DNA of 64,000 nucleotides from Candidatus Yonathbacteria bacterium (GTDB lineage: Bacteria > Patescibacteriota > Minisyncoccia > Phycocordibacterales > UBA1550), in the NCBI GenBank assembly GCA_003483855.1, contig DMXP01000006.1, positions 24,280 to 88,279 of the forward strand, written 5' to 3'. The translations under genes were made by a program, and so were the position numbers. Within the stretch, counting starts at the first letter, position 1. Each line of letters opens with the position of its first letter. The notes below the pieces were generated by a model. It was not told the DNA's origin. It ran no database searches and worked only from the letters and a program-made list of their open reading frames with translations. This document shows, one piece after another, positions 39,525-49,483 of the stretch.

Positions 39525-39917
39525 CTACTTTTGATTGTGTTCGCTTTCAATCTTTCCATCAGGTCTTTGTGTGTCATCCTCAATACGAACAACATCATCA
39601 ACTTCTGGTGTGGAAACCTCCTGTAGAATAATGTCAGTTATCGCAATAACTCGATGCTTTTTTGGTGGGGGTACATTAAAAAAATCTCCTGCTTTCATTT
39701 GAAATTTCTCCACGATACCTTCATCATTTTCTAGCCAAACTTCTGCTTCACCCTCTATAATATAGTTGGTTTCTCTTTTTTTACTATGGTACTGGAAGCT
39801 CGTTCTTGTGCCTGCATTTATATAAATGCGCTTATAGCAATAGGAATCGTTTAGCTCAAGCCAAACTTCTTTACCCCACGGTTTTGAGACCTCTTTGAAC
39901 GGATTATTCTTGTACAT
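39525..39917 (-). CDS. Cupin-domain protein (sugar isomerase-like)
   Basis: KPWG.E, SFQYH..KRET, HRV, EVSTP. Confidence 0.85.
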   Translation of the reverse strand: MYKNNPFKEVSKPWGKEVWLELNDSYCYKRIYINAGTRTSFQYHSKKRETNYIIEGEAEVWLENDEGIVEKFQMKAGDFFNVPPPKKHRVIAITDIILQEVSTPEVDDVVRIEDDTQRPDGKIESEHNQK

Positions 39918-40923
39918 AGTGATTAATTACATCTGATATGATACTTATAATTGACTCTTTTATGTCCTCACGCTTCGCCAGTTCTTCAATAAGTAGAGCG
40001 TATTCTGGTGAGGCAAAATGATAATGCCCAGCAATAATAGAGCATAACATTTTATTGTCAGGAGTATTTTTATTCATCCATTTTTTCCACTTGCCACCTT
40101 GATAAACTTTTTCCAGGAAATCATCTAGTGGGATTCCATAAACAAGACATTTTGCTATCACAATTTGTGTTTGAATAACACCAAGCTGTGGAGCTATATT
40201 TACAGCATCGACAATTCCACCCCTCAGCTTAATTTCGTCCTTAGTAAGATAGTCTGCGTTATGCTCCTTTAGTTTAAGTCCTTTGCTCTTAAGCATTCTT
40301 GATACACTCTCAACAAATGGCTTATTAAATGACCCAGCCTGATTAATTTCCTTTATTACAGTACCTGTCTGGACTACATAAAATTCTGGGTCACAGAAAC
40401 TCTTAAAAAAATCAATCTCCCTCTCCCACTCTGCGATATTTGGAAGACTATAATTTGTCCCAGTATTCTCGTCTGTTCCTATTTCAATTTGTATGGTTGG
40501 CTTTAAATCCATGCAGTGCAAAATTGCTTTTTTAGTTGCCTCTAACCTCTCGCCATTTGTTCCTTTAAAATGGCAAAAATCTATATGAATTAAATCAAAA
40601 CCATTCTTAATATCATCCTCAATTGTCGAGTATGTATCTGTAATATCGTAGTTACCATTAAACCCCGGGCCACAGTGGTCTCGACAGATTTTAACCTCAG
40701 CATTTGGATTTTGATTCTTCATCTCACCTACAAATTCCATATATTCTTTAGTCGTCCAATTGTTTACATACCCACCAGAATAATCAACCTGATTTTTAGA
40801 AGCGATAAGCATCAACGGTTTGCGATTGAAATGGGAATACCTAAATACAGCCTCTATGATCTCTGGGCTCATTGGCCCAAGCGCTAAGGAAACTAGATTT
40901 TTATTGTTTTTAACAGGTATCAT
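39904..40923 (-). CDS. GatZ/KbaZ-like (tagatose-6-P epimerase family) TIM-barrel protein
   Basis: IASKNQVD..GGY, DHCGP, IHID, KEHNADY, NIAP. Confidence 0.75.
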   Translation of the reverse strand: MIPVKNNKNLVSLALGPMSPEIIEAVFRYSHFNRKPLMLIASKNQVDYSGGYVNNWTTKEYMEFVGEMKNQNPNAEVKICRDHCGPGFNGNYDITDTYSTIEDDIKNGFDLIHIDFCHFKGTNGERLEATKKAILHCMDLKPTIQIEIGTDENTGTNYSLPNIAEWEREIDFFKSFCDPEFYVVQTGTVIKEINQAGSFNKPFVESVSRMLKSKGLKLKEHNADYLTKDEIKLRGGIVDAVNIAPQLGVIQTQIVIAKCLVYGIPLDDFLEKVYQGGKWKKWMNKNTPDNKMLCSIIAGHYHFASPEYALLIEELAKREDIKESIISIISDVINHYVQE

Positions 40924-40941
40924 TATTGTGACATTTTATCA

Positions 40942-42537
40942 TTATTTAAGGGATTTATTAAGCATATTCCTTCCTAGGCTATGTAGTAACGTATCAAACG
41001 GCGCATTATGAAGTGGCGCCATATTAAGAAAGATCAAGGATGTGAGGATATTCACTTTTTTAACATCAAATTTATTGTCACGCAAAAACTTTTCGTAGTG
41101 TTCCTTTACCTCTAACAAGTCACTTTTTACGAAGAAATTGTAACAGGCATTATCATCACAAATACTTGAAGAGAACATGCCATCCTTAATTAGGGGGTAA
41201 GACAAGATCATGCCACCATATAGTTTTGCAAGGTCATAATACAAATCACCAAAATCAGTGAGTCCACCGAATTCATGCCGCCAATCAATAAGCAAGAACT
41301 TATCCTTGTCTGAGTGTGGGTCTTTGGGGATGAGGACATTATCAAATTGTAAATCTCCATGAAAATTAGAGGGTATGCCATTTGTTATATAATCCCAATC
41401 AATTTTGCTTAGTAGCTCATCTGTTGTTGGTATTTCTATCCCATTAATAAACCTACTTTCCTCGGTTGAGCCAATTTTATTATAAAACATTTGCAATCGC
41501 TTTTTTGTCTTAGTGCAGTAGAAGTCATAGCAAGCTTTAGTAAACTTATCTCTATCATTGTCTGATAAGTTAATCTCTTTCCATAGGTATTTTTTTGCCC
41601 AGACAAGAAAATCTGTAGCTATTTTAGGATCTAGGACACTATAGACAGTTTGACCGTCAACGAGAAGATAAGAGTAAAAATTATTTCTATACCCTTCAAT
41701 TGCTGGCGTCAAGCCGAGTAACGCATTGTTCGCGCGATAATTTCTTTTTTCAGCTACAGTTTTATCAGAAAAAAACTTAATCACACGATTGTTCACAAAA
41801 TATAAAAATTCATCTTCCTTGCTAAAATTAAATTTTTTCTCCTCACCGGAAAAATTTTTATTGGTTTCATTGTATTTAGAATCGGAACCAGTGTCGAACC
41901 ATGTAAAACCAACAGGTACAAGCCTCTTCTCAAGAAGCCCCTTCAAGCCGTCTGTCATTTGCAACTCATTGTCTCTAAGTTCTCTGTTTTGCTCAAGTGC
42001 TGAAAAAAACTCTTTGTGATCATGGATGCCAGCGAGACCAATAAAGGCAAACTTGTTGTCTGTTTTAATCTTTGTATCAAGTTGATATATAAGATTATTT
42101 TTCATTTTTATTGTGCAGTAAGCCTCTGTTTCGCGTACAGGAGCAACACCGATCCAGTTCTCATCTGGCAGTGGAACGTCTTCAAGCACAATGGTGTCTG
42201 CGGTAGAAAAAATAAACGGGCAATCCAAATATTTTTTGCATGCGAGAAGCGAGTACCCAGGCCCCGTCCCTGGACCTGTATATTTATCGACTTCAACAAA
42301 ATTAAAGATTCTATCTGGATAGGCTAGTTCTAGATAATCAATAACGGTATCTTTCTTGTGACCAACTGCAATCACTATCTCTGTATCAACTGGAAATTTC
42401 TCAATAATATACGAAATAACTGCTTTACTATTTATTGGCAAAATGCCCTTGTTGATAGACTCGGAAAAATGCCCCATCCTAGACCCTACTCCAGCAGTTA
42501 AAATACAAACCTTGTATTTTTCTTCTTTATTTTTCAT
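40942..42537 (-). CDS. NTP-transferase fused to an APH/choline-kinase-like phosphotransferase
   Basis: N-terminal AGVGSRM..K, WFDTG; C-terminal HGDLQFDN, IDWR, YDLAK. Confidence 0.85.
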   Translation of the reverse strand: MKNKEEKYKVCILTAGVGSRMGHFSESINKGILPINSKAVISYIIEKFPVDTEIVIAVGHKKDTVIDYLELAYPDRIFNFVEVDKYTGPGTGPGYSLLACKKYLDCPFIFSTADTIVLEDVPLPDENWIGVAPVRETEAYCTIKMKNNLIYQLDTKIKTDNKFAFIGLAGIHDHKEFFSALEQNRELRDNELQMTDGLKGLLEKRLVPVGFTWFDTGSDSKYNETNKNFSGEEKKFNFSKEDEFLYFVNNRVIKFFSDKTVAEKRNYRANNALLGLTPAIEGYRNNFYSYLLVDGQTVYSVLDPKIATDFLVWAKKYLWKEINLSDNDRDKFTKACYDFYCTKTKKRLQMFYNKIGSTEESRFINGIEIPTTDELLSKIDWDYITNGIPSNFHGDLQFDNVLIPKDPHSDKDKFLLIDWRHEFGGLTDFGDLYYDLAKLYGGMILSYPLIKDGMFSSSICDDNACYNFFVKSDLLEVKEHYEKFLRDNKFDVKKVNILTSLIFLNMAPLHNAPFDTLLHSLGRNMLNKSLK

Positions 42538-43367
42538 AATTCTTTAAGAATATCTTTTACATACTTTGTCATCATTCTAAGTGGAGCTTTTATTCCTGTG
42601 TAAAGCGTAAACTGCGCAGCTGCTTGATATGTGGCCATTTCATATCCTGAAATTGTAATTTTCCCTGCTTTTTTTGCTGTTTTTATAAGCTTGGTATGCA
42701 TTGGTGAAACTACCACGTCCATTATAGCATGGTAGTTTTTAAGTTCGTCCTTATCAACGATCATGTCCTGATCTTTCGGGGTCATACCTACTGGCGTCGC
42801 ATTTATAAGTATATCAGCTTTAATTTCCTTACGAACGTTACTTGGACAATATTTTATGCTAAATTTTTTTGAAATCATGCGGGCTTTTTTCTCATCTCTA
42901 TTTGATAACGTTATTTCTTTACATAGGCCTCTTTTGAGAGCAACTATTATTGCTCTCGATGCACCGCCTGCTCCAATTATGTGGGCAGTTTTACCTTTTA
43001 TGGGGTAATATTTCTCAAGAGCCATTTCAACACCAACAACATCAGTGTTATATCCGGTAAGAATACCGTTTGTATTTACGATGGTATTTATAGCTCCAAT
43101 TTCTTTCGCGACAGGGTCTACAGCGTCTACATATTTATGTACAATTGTTTTATGTGGCATTGAGACACCGCAACCACGAATATCCAGTGCGCGCACCCCC
43201 AAAATTGCCTTATTTAAATTATCAGGAGTGGCACGAAAAGGCTTATAAATAAAATCTAGAGACAGAGCCTTGAATGTTCTATTGAATATGAGGCTTCCAA
43301 AATTTCCAGGAGCAGACGCAATTGAAATGCAGAATTTCGTATTTTTTGTAATCTTAATATTTTTCAT
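42534..43367 (-). CDS. Shikimate dehydrogenase family, SdhL-type
   Basis: CISIASAPGNFG, GVRALDIRGCGVSMPHK, YNTD, GAGGA, NATP. Confidence 0.88.
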   Translation of the reverse strand: MKNIKITKNTKFCISIASAPGNFGSLIFNRTFKALSLDFIYKPFRATPDNLNKAILGVRALDIRGCGVSMPHKTIVHKYVDAVDPVAKEIGAINTIVNTNGILTGYNTDVVGVEMALEKYYPIKGKTAHIIGAGGASRAIIVALKRGLCKEITLSNRDEKKARMISKKFSIKYCPSNVRKEIKADILINATPVGMTPKDQDMIVDKDELKNYHAIMDVVVSPMHTKLIKTAKKAGKITISGYEMATYQAAAQFTLYTGIKAPLRMMTKYVKDILKEL

Positions 43368-43376
43368 AACAATCAA

Positions 43377-43883
43377 TTACTGGAGAATATTTTTAAGATT
43401 ATGAGGTACTTCTAAGAACTTTTCCATTAAATGCAGGCACGCCTCCGCAACCGCTCCCTCTCCAGATTTTGCACTAGTTACAAAATCTGCTTTATTGCGT
43501 GCTAAATAAAAAGCATTTGCAGGCGCAATACTGTATGCTACATGCTCAAAAATCATCGCGTCATAAATACCATCTCCAACATATGCAGATTCACTAAGAT
43601 CAAAATTTTCTTCAAGCCACGAGAGCCTCGTTGCCTCACTTACGAGATTAAGCTTTAGCCCCATATCAATAGCAACTCTTTTTTCGGTTATTTTAAATCC
43701 TCTTTTATCTGCAGATATTGCGCAAACATTTATTAATTTACTAATCAGTTTGATGCCATCATTGTCATGTGGCCCAAAGATTTTTGCCAGTTTACCGTCT
43801 TTCGTGTATAGAAATTGGCCTGTTGTTAACACTCCATCAACATCAAGAATTAGGTTCTTGATAGTTTTTTCTTTGGCCTTCAT
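43377..43883 (-). CDS. KdsC-like HAD phosphatase
   Basis: DVDGVLT, VGDGIYD, G.GAVAE. Confidence 0.88.
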   Translation of the reverse strand: MKAKEKTIKNLILDVDGVLTTGQFLYTKDGKLAKIFGPHDNDGIKLISKLINVCAISADKRGFKITEKRVAIDMGLKLNLVSEATRLSWLEENFDLSESAYVGDGIYDAMIFEHVAYSIAPANAFYLARNKADFVTSAKSGEGAVAEACLHLMEKFLEVPHNLKNILQ

Positions 43884-44021
43884 AACCGCGATTATAGACC
43901 ATGGGGCTATATTTTGCAATTTAAGTTGATGGCCACCACCATTTCGTCAAAGTAAGCATTAAATGAGAATTTAATAATTAGCCGATAAATACTTGTCCTA
44001 ACATATTTAATGTTGACAATT

Positions 44022-45572
44022 TTACTTTTCGCGCGCGATTGGAATTAATTTAACCCTTTTAAATAAAAGTTCCATGAATCGTTCTATATCTGCCCAATCC
44101 TGGGGCTCAAAAAAACCAAATAATTTATACAATGCTATATAAGTCAGTGCAGAAGTACCCCCCGCAATAAGCAGTGTTGTTAAACTAACAATGAAGTTAG
44201 CTATAAATAAGTTGAGGATTAACATTACAAAAGCAACGATAATATTATTCGTGATTATTTTTTTATAATAGCTTCTTCGGTTAGACAGGTTTAAATAACG
44301 AGTTTCAACATAAAAAAACAAATATGCTACTGGTAACACTGATATGAAATACGCCCAAGCGGCTCCCACTATTCCGTAAAGAGGCAACAGCGTAAAAAGT
44401 GCTATAGCATTAAGAATAGCCATGCACACAGAAGCAATAGATAAAAATTTTAATTTGCCGAGACCTAAAAGAAAGTTTGACAATGGCCCAAAAAGAGCGA
44501 GAATAAAATTAGTTAAAGCCAAAATAATAAGAACGCCTGATGCCCTGTCTGCAAAATCTGAACTAAGCCAATATTTCAAGATCTCATAAGAAAATGATAT
44601 CGACGTTATCGTTAGAGCTCCAGCAATTATTATCATCAGTCTAAAAGTTCTTATGTACATTGTTTTCATTCTAGATATTTCGTCTCCTCCGCTTAATTGT
44701 GACGTAGTTGGGAGCATGCTTACGGTCAAGGTATTAGTGATGCCGGGGATTTTTGCGGTTACGTTTCCAGGCATACTATAGTACGTAAGATTACTAGGGC
44801 CAACAAAAAACGGAATTACAATTTTATCAAGAGACGAGAGGGCCGTAGTTGCTATATTATTTACATATGCAATTAGTCCAAATCGGTAACAATTTATTAT
44901 TTCTTTTTTGTTCCATCCGAACTTAAAGGTTGCAATCGGTAAAAGTTTTCTCGCCTGCTGGAAAATAATTATTGAAAATACTGCTGCTACTATTAATTGC
45001 ACAATAAATATCTCGCGTATAGACCCGCCCATCTTAACCACAAACAGCATACCTAGACTAGAAAGCGTGATTGAAGTCATTCCTATCTTGTTGCTTATAT
45101 CAAAACGCTGAATGGCCGATAATATTAAGCTATATGTTGCGGTTATTATGTTAAAAAATAATATTCCACCAGCAAGTATAAACAATTTAAAATATTTCTC
45201 GTAGGCTAAAAAAGATGCCGGCAAGAAAGACGGGCCAAACAAGCCAATCATTACAGAAATAATTAAACTAAGTAGCCCAAGAATAAGGAACAGTGAGTTA
45301 GCAGAATGTGTTAGCCGCTTTATTGCTTCCTCATCTTTTTTGCCATAATAGTATGACATATACTTAAGGACTGCGACCCCAAGGCCAAGCTCAAAAAGTC
45401 CGAACAACCCTGCCGATGTGTTTATAAATAAATAAATACCATATTCTTTTACACCGAGGGTAAGGACAATTATTGGCGTTATAAAGAGAGTAAAAACGAT
45501 AGGCCAAAGATACCCCATTATGTTGTACGAACTATTTTTGAATGCTTTATATGTAAGTGAATCTTTTTCCAT
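44022..45572 (-). CDS. Wzx-type oligosaccharide flippase
   Basis: Polytopic MOP-family pattern, YGIVGAAWA. Confidence 0.9.
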   Translation of the reverse strand: MEKDSLTYKAFKNSSYNIMGYLWPIVFTLFITPIIVLTLGVKEYGIYLFINTSAGLFGLFELGLGVAVLKYMSYYYGKKDEEAIKRLTHSANSLFLILGLLSLIISVMIGLFGPSFLPASFLAYEKYFKLFILAGGILFFNIITATYSLILSAIQRFDISNKIGMTSITLSSLGMLFVVKMGGSIREIFIVQLIVAAVFSIIIFQQARKLLPIATFKFGWNKKEIINCYRFGLIAYVNNIATTALSSLDKIVIPFFVGPSNLTYYSMPGNVTAKIPGITNTLTVSMLPTTSQLSGGDEISRMKTMYIRTFRLMIIIAGALTITSISFSYEILKYWLSSDFADRASGVLIILALTNFILALFGPLSNFLLGLGKLKFLSIASVCMAILNAIALFTLLPLYGIVGAAWAYFISVLPVAYLFFYVETRYLNLSNRRSYYKKIITNNIIVAFVMLILNLFIANFIVSLTTLLIAGGTSALTYIALYKLFGFFEPQDWADIERFMELLFKRVKLIPIAREK

Positions 45573-45662
45573 TTTTGAAAGTATACCATGTCATTAAACT
45601 TGAGGCATCGGCTTGAACAGGCTCCATGAAACCAAAAGAAATGCTAGAATACGGAGAACATC

Positions 45663-46430
45663 ATGAAATTTAGCATAATTACCCCAACATACAAACGACG
45701 GGACTTAATAGACCGAACCATTCAGTCAGTACTACACCAATCCTACATTGACTGGGAAATGATTATCGTAAATGATTCCCCAGATGATTCTTCGTACCAG
45801 ACGCTTCCATCTTCTCTTACTGATCCCAGAATTCACTACTATGTGAATGATGTAAACTGTGGCGTGAACTATTCGCGAAACCGTGCACTCGGTAACATTG
45901 CGAAAGATTCAGACTGGGTTATTTTTTTGGATGATGATGATTATCTCGCGCCTGATGCACTCGCAACCTTACACGAGCTCGCTATCGCGCACCCTGATTG
46001 CAAGTGGTTTGTCACCAATCGCGCATACGCAAATGAAGTGCCTGTCACAAGATATCCTGAACCGGAAACATGGTATTCGTACATAAAAGACGTTCTCATT
46101 TTAAAGCGGTGCAGAGGTGATGTAACACACTGTATAAAAACGAGCCTTCTCACCAATATTCGATATTCAAAATACATCAAGCAAGCCGAGGAATGGTTAT
46201 TTTACTATCAAATTGCTCTTCGTGAAAAAATGTTTTATCACAACCATAACAGCACACTCACCGATGGATATGATGAGGTCTCTGGGCTTAACTTCCGCAA
46301 ACGCACACATGCCGAGCAAATCGAAACACTTCGTGCGTTTATTCGCGAAGGCCACGAGCTATGCCTACTTCACCACCCAACATTTCTTATTTATTTGGGA
46401 ATGAGGATACTCCGAATTATTTTGAAATAA
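45663..46430 (+). CDS. GT2 glycosyltransferase
   Basis: SIITPTY, SRN, FLDDDD. Confidence 0.92.
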   Translation: MKFSIITPTYKRRDLIDRTIQSVLHQSYIDWEMIIVNDSPDDSSYQTLPSSLTDPRIHYYVNDVNCGVNYSRNRALGNIAKDSDWVIFLDDDDYLAPDALATLHELAIAHPDCKWFVTNRAYANEVPVTRYPEPETWYSYIKDVLILKRCRGDVTHCIKTSLLTNIRYSKYIKQAEEWLFYYQIALREKMFYHNHNSTLTDGYDEVSGLNFRKRTHAEQIETLRAFIREGHELCLLHHPTFLIYLGMRILRIILK

Positions 46431-46461
46431 AAAAACCCGACAAAAAATCTGTCGGGTTTTT
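46431..46461. terminator. Bidirectional terminator
   Basis: aaaaacccgaca...tgtcgggttttt between convergent genes. Confidence 0.8.
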
Positions 46462-46475
46462 ATTAAGACTTAGAA

Positions 46476-47420
46476 CTACCGGTAGGTCTCGGATTCAATG
46501 CACTCTATGAGCCCTTGGTCGAGGGTGAAATTAGGACGCCACCCTAATTCCCTTAACCTAGAGTCATCGATAGACTGATCCTTACTTTCTTGGAAAAAAC
46601 CAAGTTTTTCAACTATTTCAATACCTCCATCGTAACCCATTAATGAACAAATTTTTTCTACCAGGCTATTTATGGAAATAGCTCCAGAGCCACCGATACA
46701 AAAAATCTCGCCGTTCTTAGCTTTTTCCTCAATGAGCAAAATGGCATCAATTAGGTCATCCACATAAACAAATTCCCTTATAGCATCTTTAACGCTGGAA
46801 TACACCTGTGGCCTTTCACCGTTGTTAACAGACCTAATCGTTGTTGGTATAACTCTGCTAATATTTGAATCATTCGGGCCATACAAATTGGGACATCGAA
46901 TAATATTTATTGGCAGATTGTAACTTGAAAAATAATTCTGAGCAACGATATCCTGACAAGCCTTAGTGCACTCGTATGTATACTTAGGTTTAAGAAGGGT
47001 CTCCTCAGTGTATGGTGATGGAGTATCTCCATACACTTTGGAAGACGTTGATACAATGATTTTTCTAACAGTCTCCATCCCCACTGTTCGAACCGCCTCC
47101 AAAAGATTAACAGTGCCCATCACATTGTTCATGTAAGCACGCACAGGCTCATCAAAACATTCCTTAAGGATGGAGTTGGATGCGAAATGATAAATAGTAT
47201 TAATCTCATGTACACTTATAATTTCACACAGAGAATCATAATCATTCAAATCCCCCTTTATTGCAACAACATTATCTGCTCCGTAGGAACGTATCGGCTT
47301 GTTGTGATGATACAACAAAACAATTTTGCCATCCTTAGTATCATCAAGCTTCAGCAATCGAGAGGTTAAACTTAACCCCATAAATCCGGCTGCGCCAGTT
47401 ATTAATATGTTGTTTTTCAT
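46476..47420 (-). CDS. NAD-dependent NDP-sugar epimerase/dehydratase
   Basis: TGAAGFMG, YECTK, NLYGP. Confidence 0.9.
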   Translation of the reverse strand: MKNNILITGAAGFMGLSLTSRLLKLDDTKDGKIVLLYHHNKPIRSYGADNVVAIKGDLNDYDSLCEIISVHEINTIYHFASNSILKECFDEPVRAYMNNVMGTVNLLEAVRTVGMETVRKIIVSTSSKVYGDTPSPYTEETLLKPKYTYECTKACQDIVAQNYFSSYNLPINIIRCPNLYGPNDSNISRVIPTTIRSVNNGERPQVYSSVKDAIREFVYVDDLIDAILLIEEKAKNGEIFCIGGSGAISINSLVEKICSLMGYDGGIEIVEKLGFFQESKDQSIDDSRLRELGWRPNFTLDQGLIECIESETYR

Positions 47421-47568
47421 TTTGTTTAACCCCTTTCAATTAAATAGCCTCGGTAAAATGTAGTCAGATTGGCAAAATTCAGCCCCATTACACATATGTG
47501 AGAAATTGCTCATATTCTCAATTCCTGCCTTAATATACATTATTTTTGAATAATAGTAAGATGTACAG

Positions 47569-48294
47569 ATGAAAGGAATTATTTTAGCAGGAGGGGCAGG
47601 AAAAAGACTGAGCCCCCTTACTCGGGTAACATCAAAACAGCTTTTACCTATCTACAACCGGCCGATGATCTATTACCCGCTTAATACACTCATTAAGGCT
47701 GGTATTAAAGAAATTTTAATTATTATCGCGCCCGAAAAGGCGGGTGAATTTTTGAATCTCCTTGGATCAGGAAAGGACTTTGGTGTAAAATTCACGTATG
47801 AAATTCAGGACAAGCCGAGGGGGCTCCCTGAGGCATTTATTATTGGGGAAAATTTTTTAGACAACGATGACGTGGTTATGATTTTAGGAGACAACATCTT
47901 TGAAAAAGATTTATCAGAAGATATTCGTTCATTCAAAAGCGGAGGTCGCGTTTTTGCGGTTGAGGTTGAAGACCCGGAACGCTCAGGAGTTGTTGAGTTT
48001 GATAAAAATATGAAGGTTCTTTCAATAGAGGAGAAACCTGAACATCCAAAAAGCAATTTTATTATTCCAGGGCTTTTTATTTACGATTCACGCGTTATTC
48101 AGTTCGCAAAAGAACTTGAACCGAGCAGGCGTGGGGAGCTTGAAATAACTGATATTCATAAAAAATATCTAGAACTAGGAGAACTTGACGTTAAAAAATT
48201 CTCGGGTGAATGGATTGACGCGGGAACGTTTGACTCACTCCTAAGGGCTAATCAGTTAGCTCAGGAGAAGTTGCACAAGAATTTGGTTATATAA
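47569..48294 (+). CDS. rmlA: Glucose-1-phosphate thymidylyltransferase (short form)
   Basis: GIILAGG.G.RL.P, SKQLLPIY, RGELEITD, WIDAGT. Confidence 0.9.
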   Translation: MKGIILAGGAGKRLSPLTRVTSKQLLPIYNRPMIYYPLNTLIKAGIKEILIIIAPEKAGEFLNLLGSGKDFGVKFTYEIQDKPRGLPEAFIIGENFLDNDDVVMILGDNIFEKDLSEDIRSFKSGGRVFAVEVEDPERSGVVEFDKNMKVLSIEEKPEHPKSNFIIPGLFIYDSRVIQFAKELEPSRRGELEITDIHKKYLELGELDVKKFSGEWIDAGTFDSLLRANQLAQEKLHKNLVI

Positions 48295-48305
48295 AATCAA
48301 AACCA

Positions 48306-49181
48306 CTAAACAGCGGGAACAAATTCTCTAATATGGTCAACAATCTTTTTCTCCGCCTTCCATCCTAATTCACTTTTTGCCCGAGTCACGTCCACTGAGG
48401 AGCCCATTCGGTTCCCTTTGCGTTCAGGGAGCATTCTTATTTCTCCACCAAAGGCTTTTGCAATATCTATAATACTGTATCCATCCTCAGCACCGAGACC
48501 GAAGTCGTCACCTTCGCCATTTTCTCCAACTAAAATAAGCCCACTCACGATATCGTCGACGTGAGTAAAATTGCGCACCTGTGTGCCTGGTGCTACAACT
48601 GTGAGTGGTTCACCTTTTTTAAACTTCTCTTTAAAGAGCGCAATTAGTGTTGCGTATTGTCCTGTAGAAATTTCTCTCGGCCCATATACATTATAAAAAT
48701 AAGTTATGGCGTACGGTAATCCAAACCATACTCCATAATTTTGAACCAGGTCGGTGTTATTTGCTTTGGTCCATGCATAAGGGCTCTGATCTCTGCCGAG
48801 CCCTCCGTCGCCAAACTTGGTACTTGAGCCAGCGTAAACAATTTTTATTTTGTGCTTTCTACAAAACTCAAGTACAGTGAATGTTCCTGCTACGTTGGAT
48901 TCCCAAACTATAGGCAGATCAGCAAAACTTTGCTCTACGCGAGAATATTCACCGAGGTGATACACAAGATCAGGAATAAAATTGATTAGTTTCGCAATGT
49001 CCTTTGTGTGTCCCTCGATATACGTCGCACCAGGAATATGATTTTCTTTTGTGCCAGTGAAATAATTGTCTAGAGAATGCACATCATATCGCCCTTCTTG
49101 CACCAAGCGCTCAATAAGGTTGGACCCTATGAACCCAGCGCCACCGGTTACTAAGACTTTCTTTTTAGCTGTTTCTGCCAT
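48306..49181 (-). CDS. NAD-dependent epimerase/dehydratase
   Basis: TGGAGFIGS, YAWTK, NVYGP. Confidence 0.9.
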   Translation of the reverse strand: MAETAKKKVLVTGGAGFIGSNLIERLVQEGRYDVHSLDNYFTGTKENHIPGATYIEGHTKDIAKLINFIPDLVYHLGEYSRVEQSFADLPIVWESNVAGTFTVLEFCRKHKIKIVYAGSSTKFGDGGLGRDQSPYAWTKANNTDLVQNYGVWFGLPYAITYFYNVYGPREISTGQYATLIALFKEKFKKGEPLTVVAPGTQVRNFTHVDDIVSGLILVGENGEGDDFGLGAEDGYSIIDIAKAFGGEIRMLPERKGNRMGSSVDVTRAKSELGWKAEKKIVDHIREFVPAV

Positions 49182-49448
49182 AATTTTAATAGTATAGCAC
49201 TACAAGTCCATAAAAAGACAGGCGACGAAGTCCGCGAAGGACAATTTTTTCATACAAAATCAGCAATGACACAATGCGAGGAGAATGTTGAATGTTGAAT
49301 GGGTGAGGAAGGGTGTTATTGCATACTACGGCATCTTTAATTTTGGGTATTCAAAACCACAAATTCTGTCAAATTTACGGTTTTGGAAACCATAAATTCC
49401 GCTAATTCCCCTAAATAGGTAGATTTACGGGAGTACCGCTCCCCGAAA

Positions 49449-49477
49449 TTGACAAAATGTGGGGAGTTTGCTATCAT
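49449..49477 (+). promoter_or_regulatory. sigma70 promoter TTGACA-N17-TATCAT, 6 nt before the ATG
   Basis: ttgaca aaatgtggggagtttgc tatcat aaaact ATG. Confidence 0.8.
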
Positions 49478-49483
49478 AAAACT

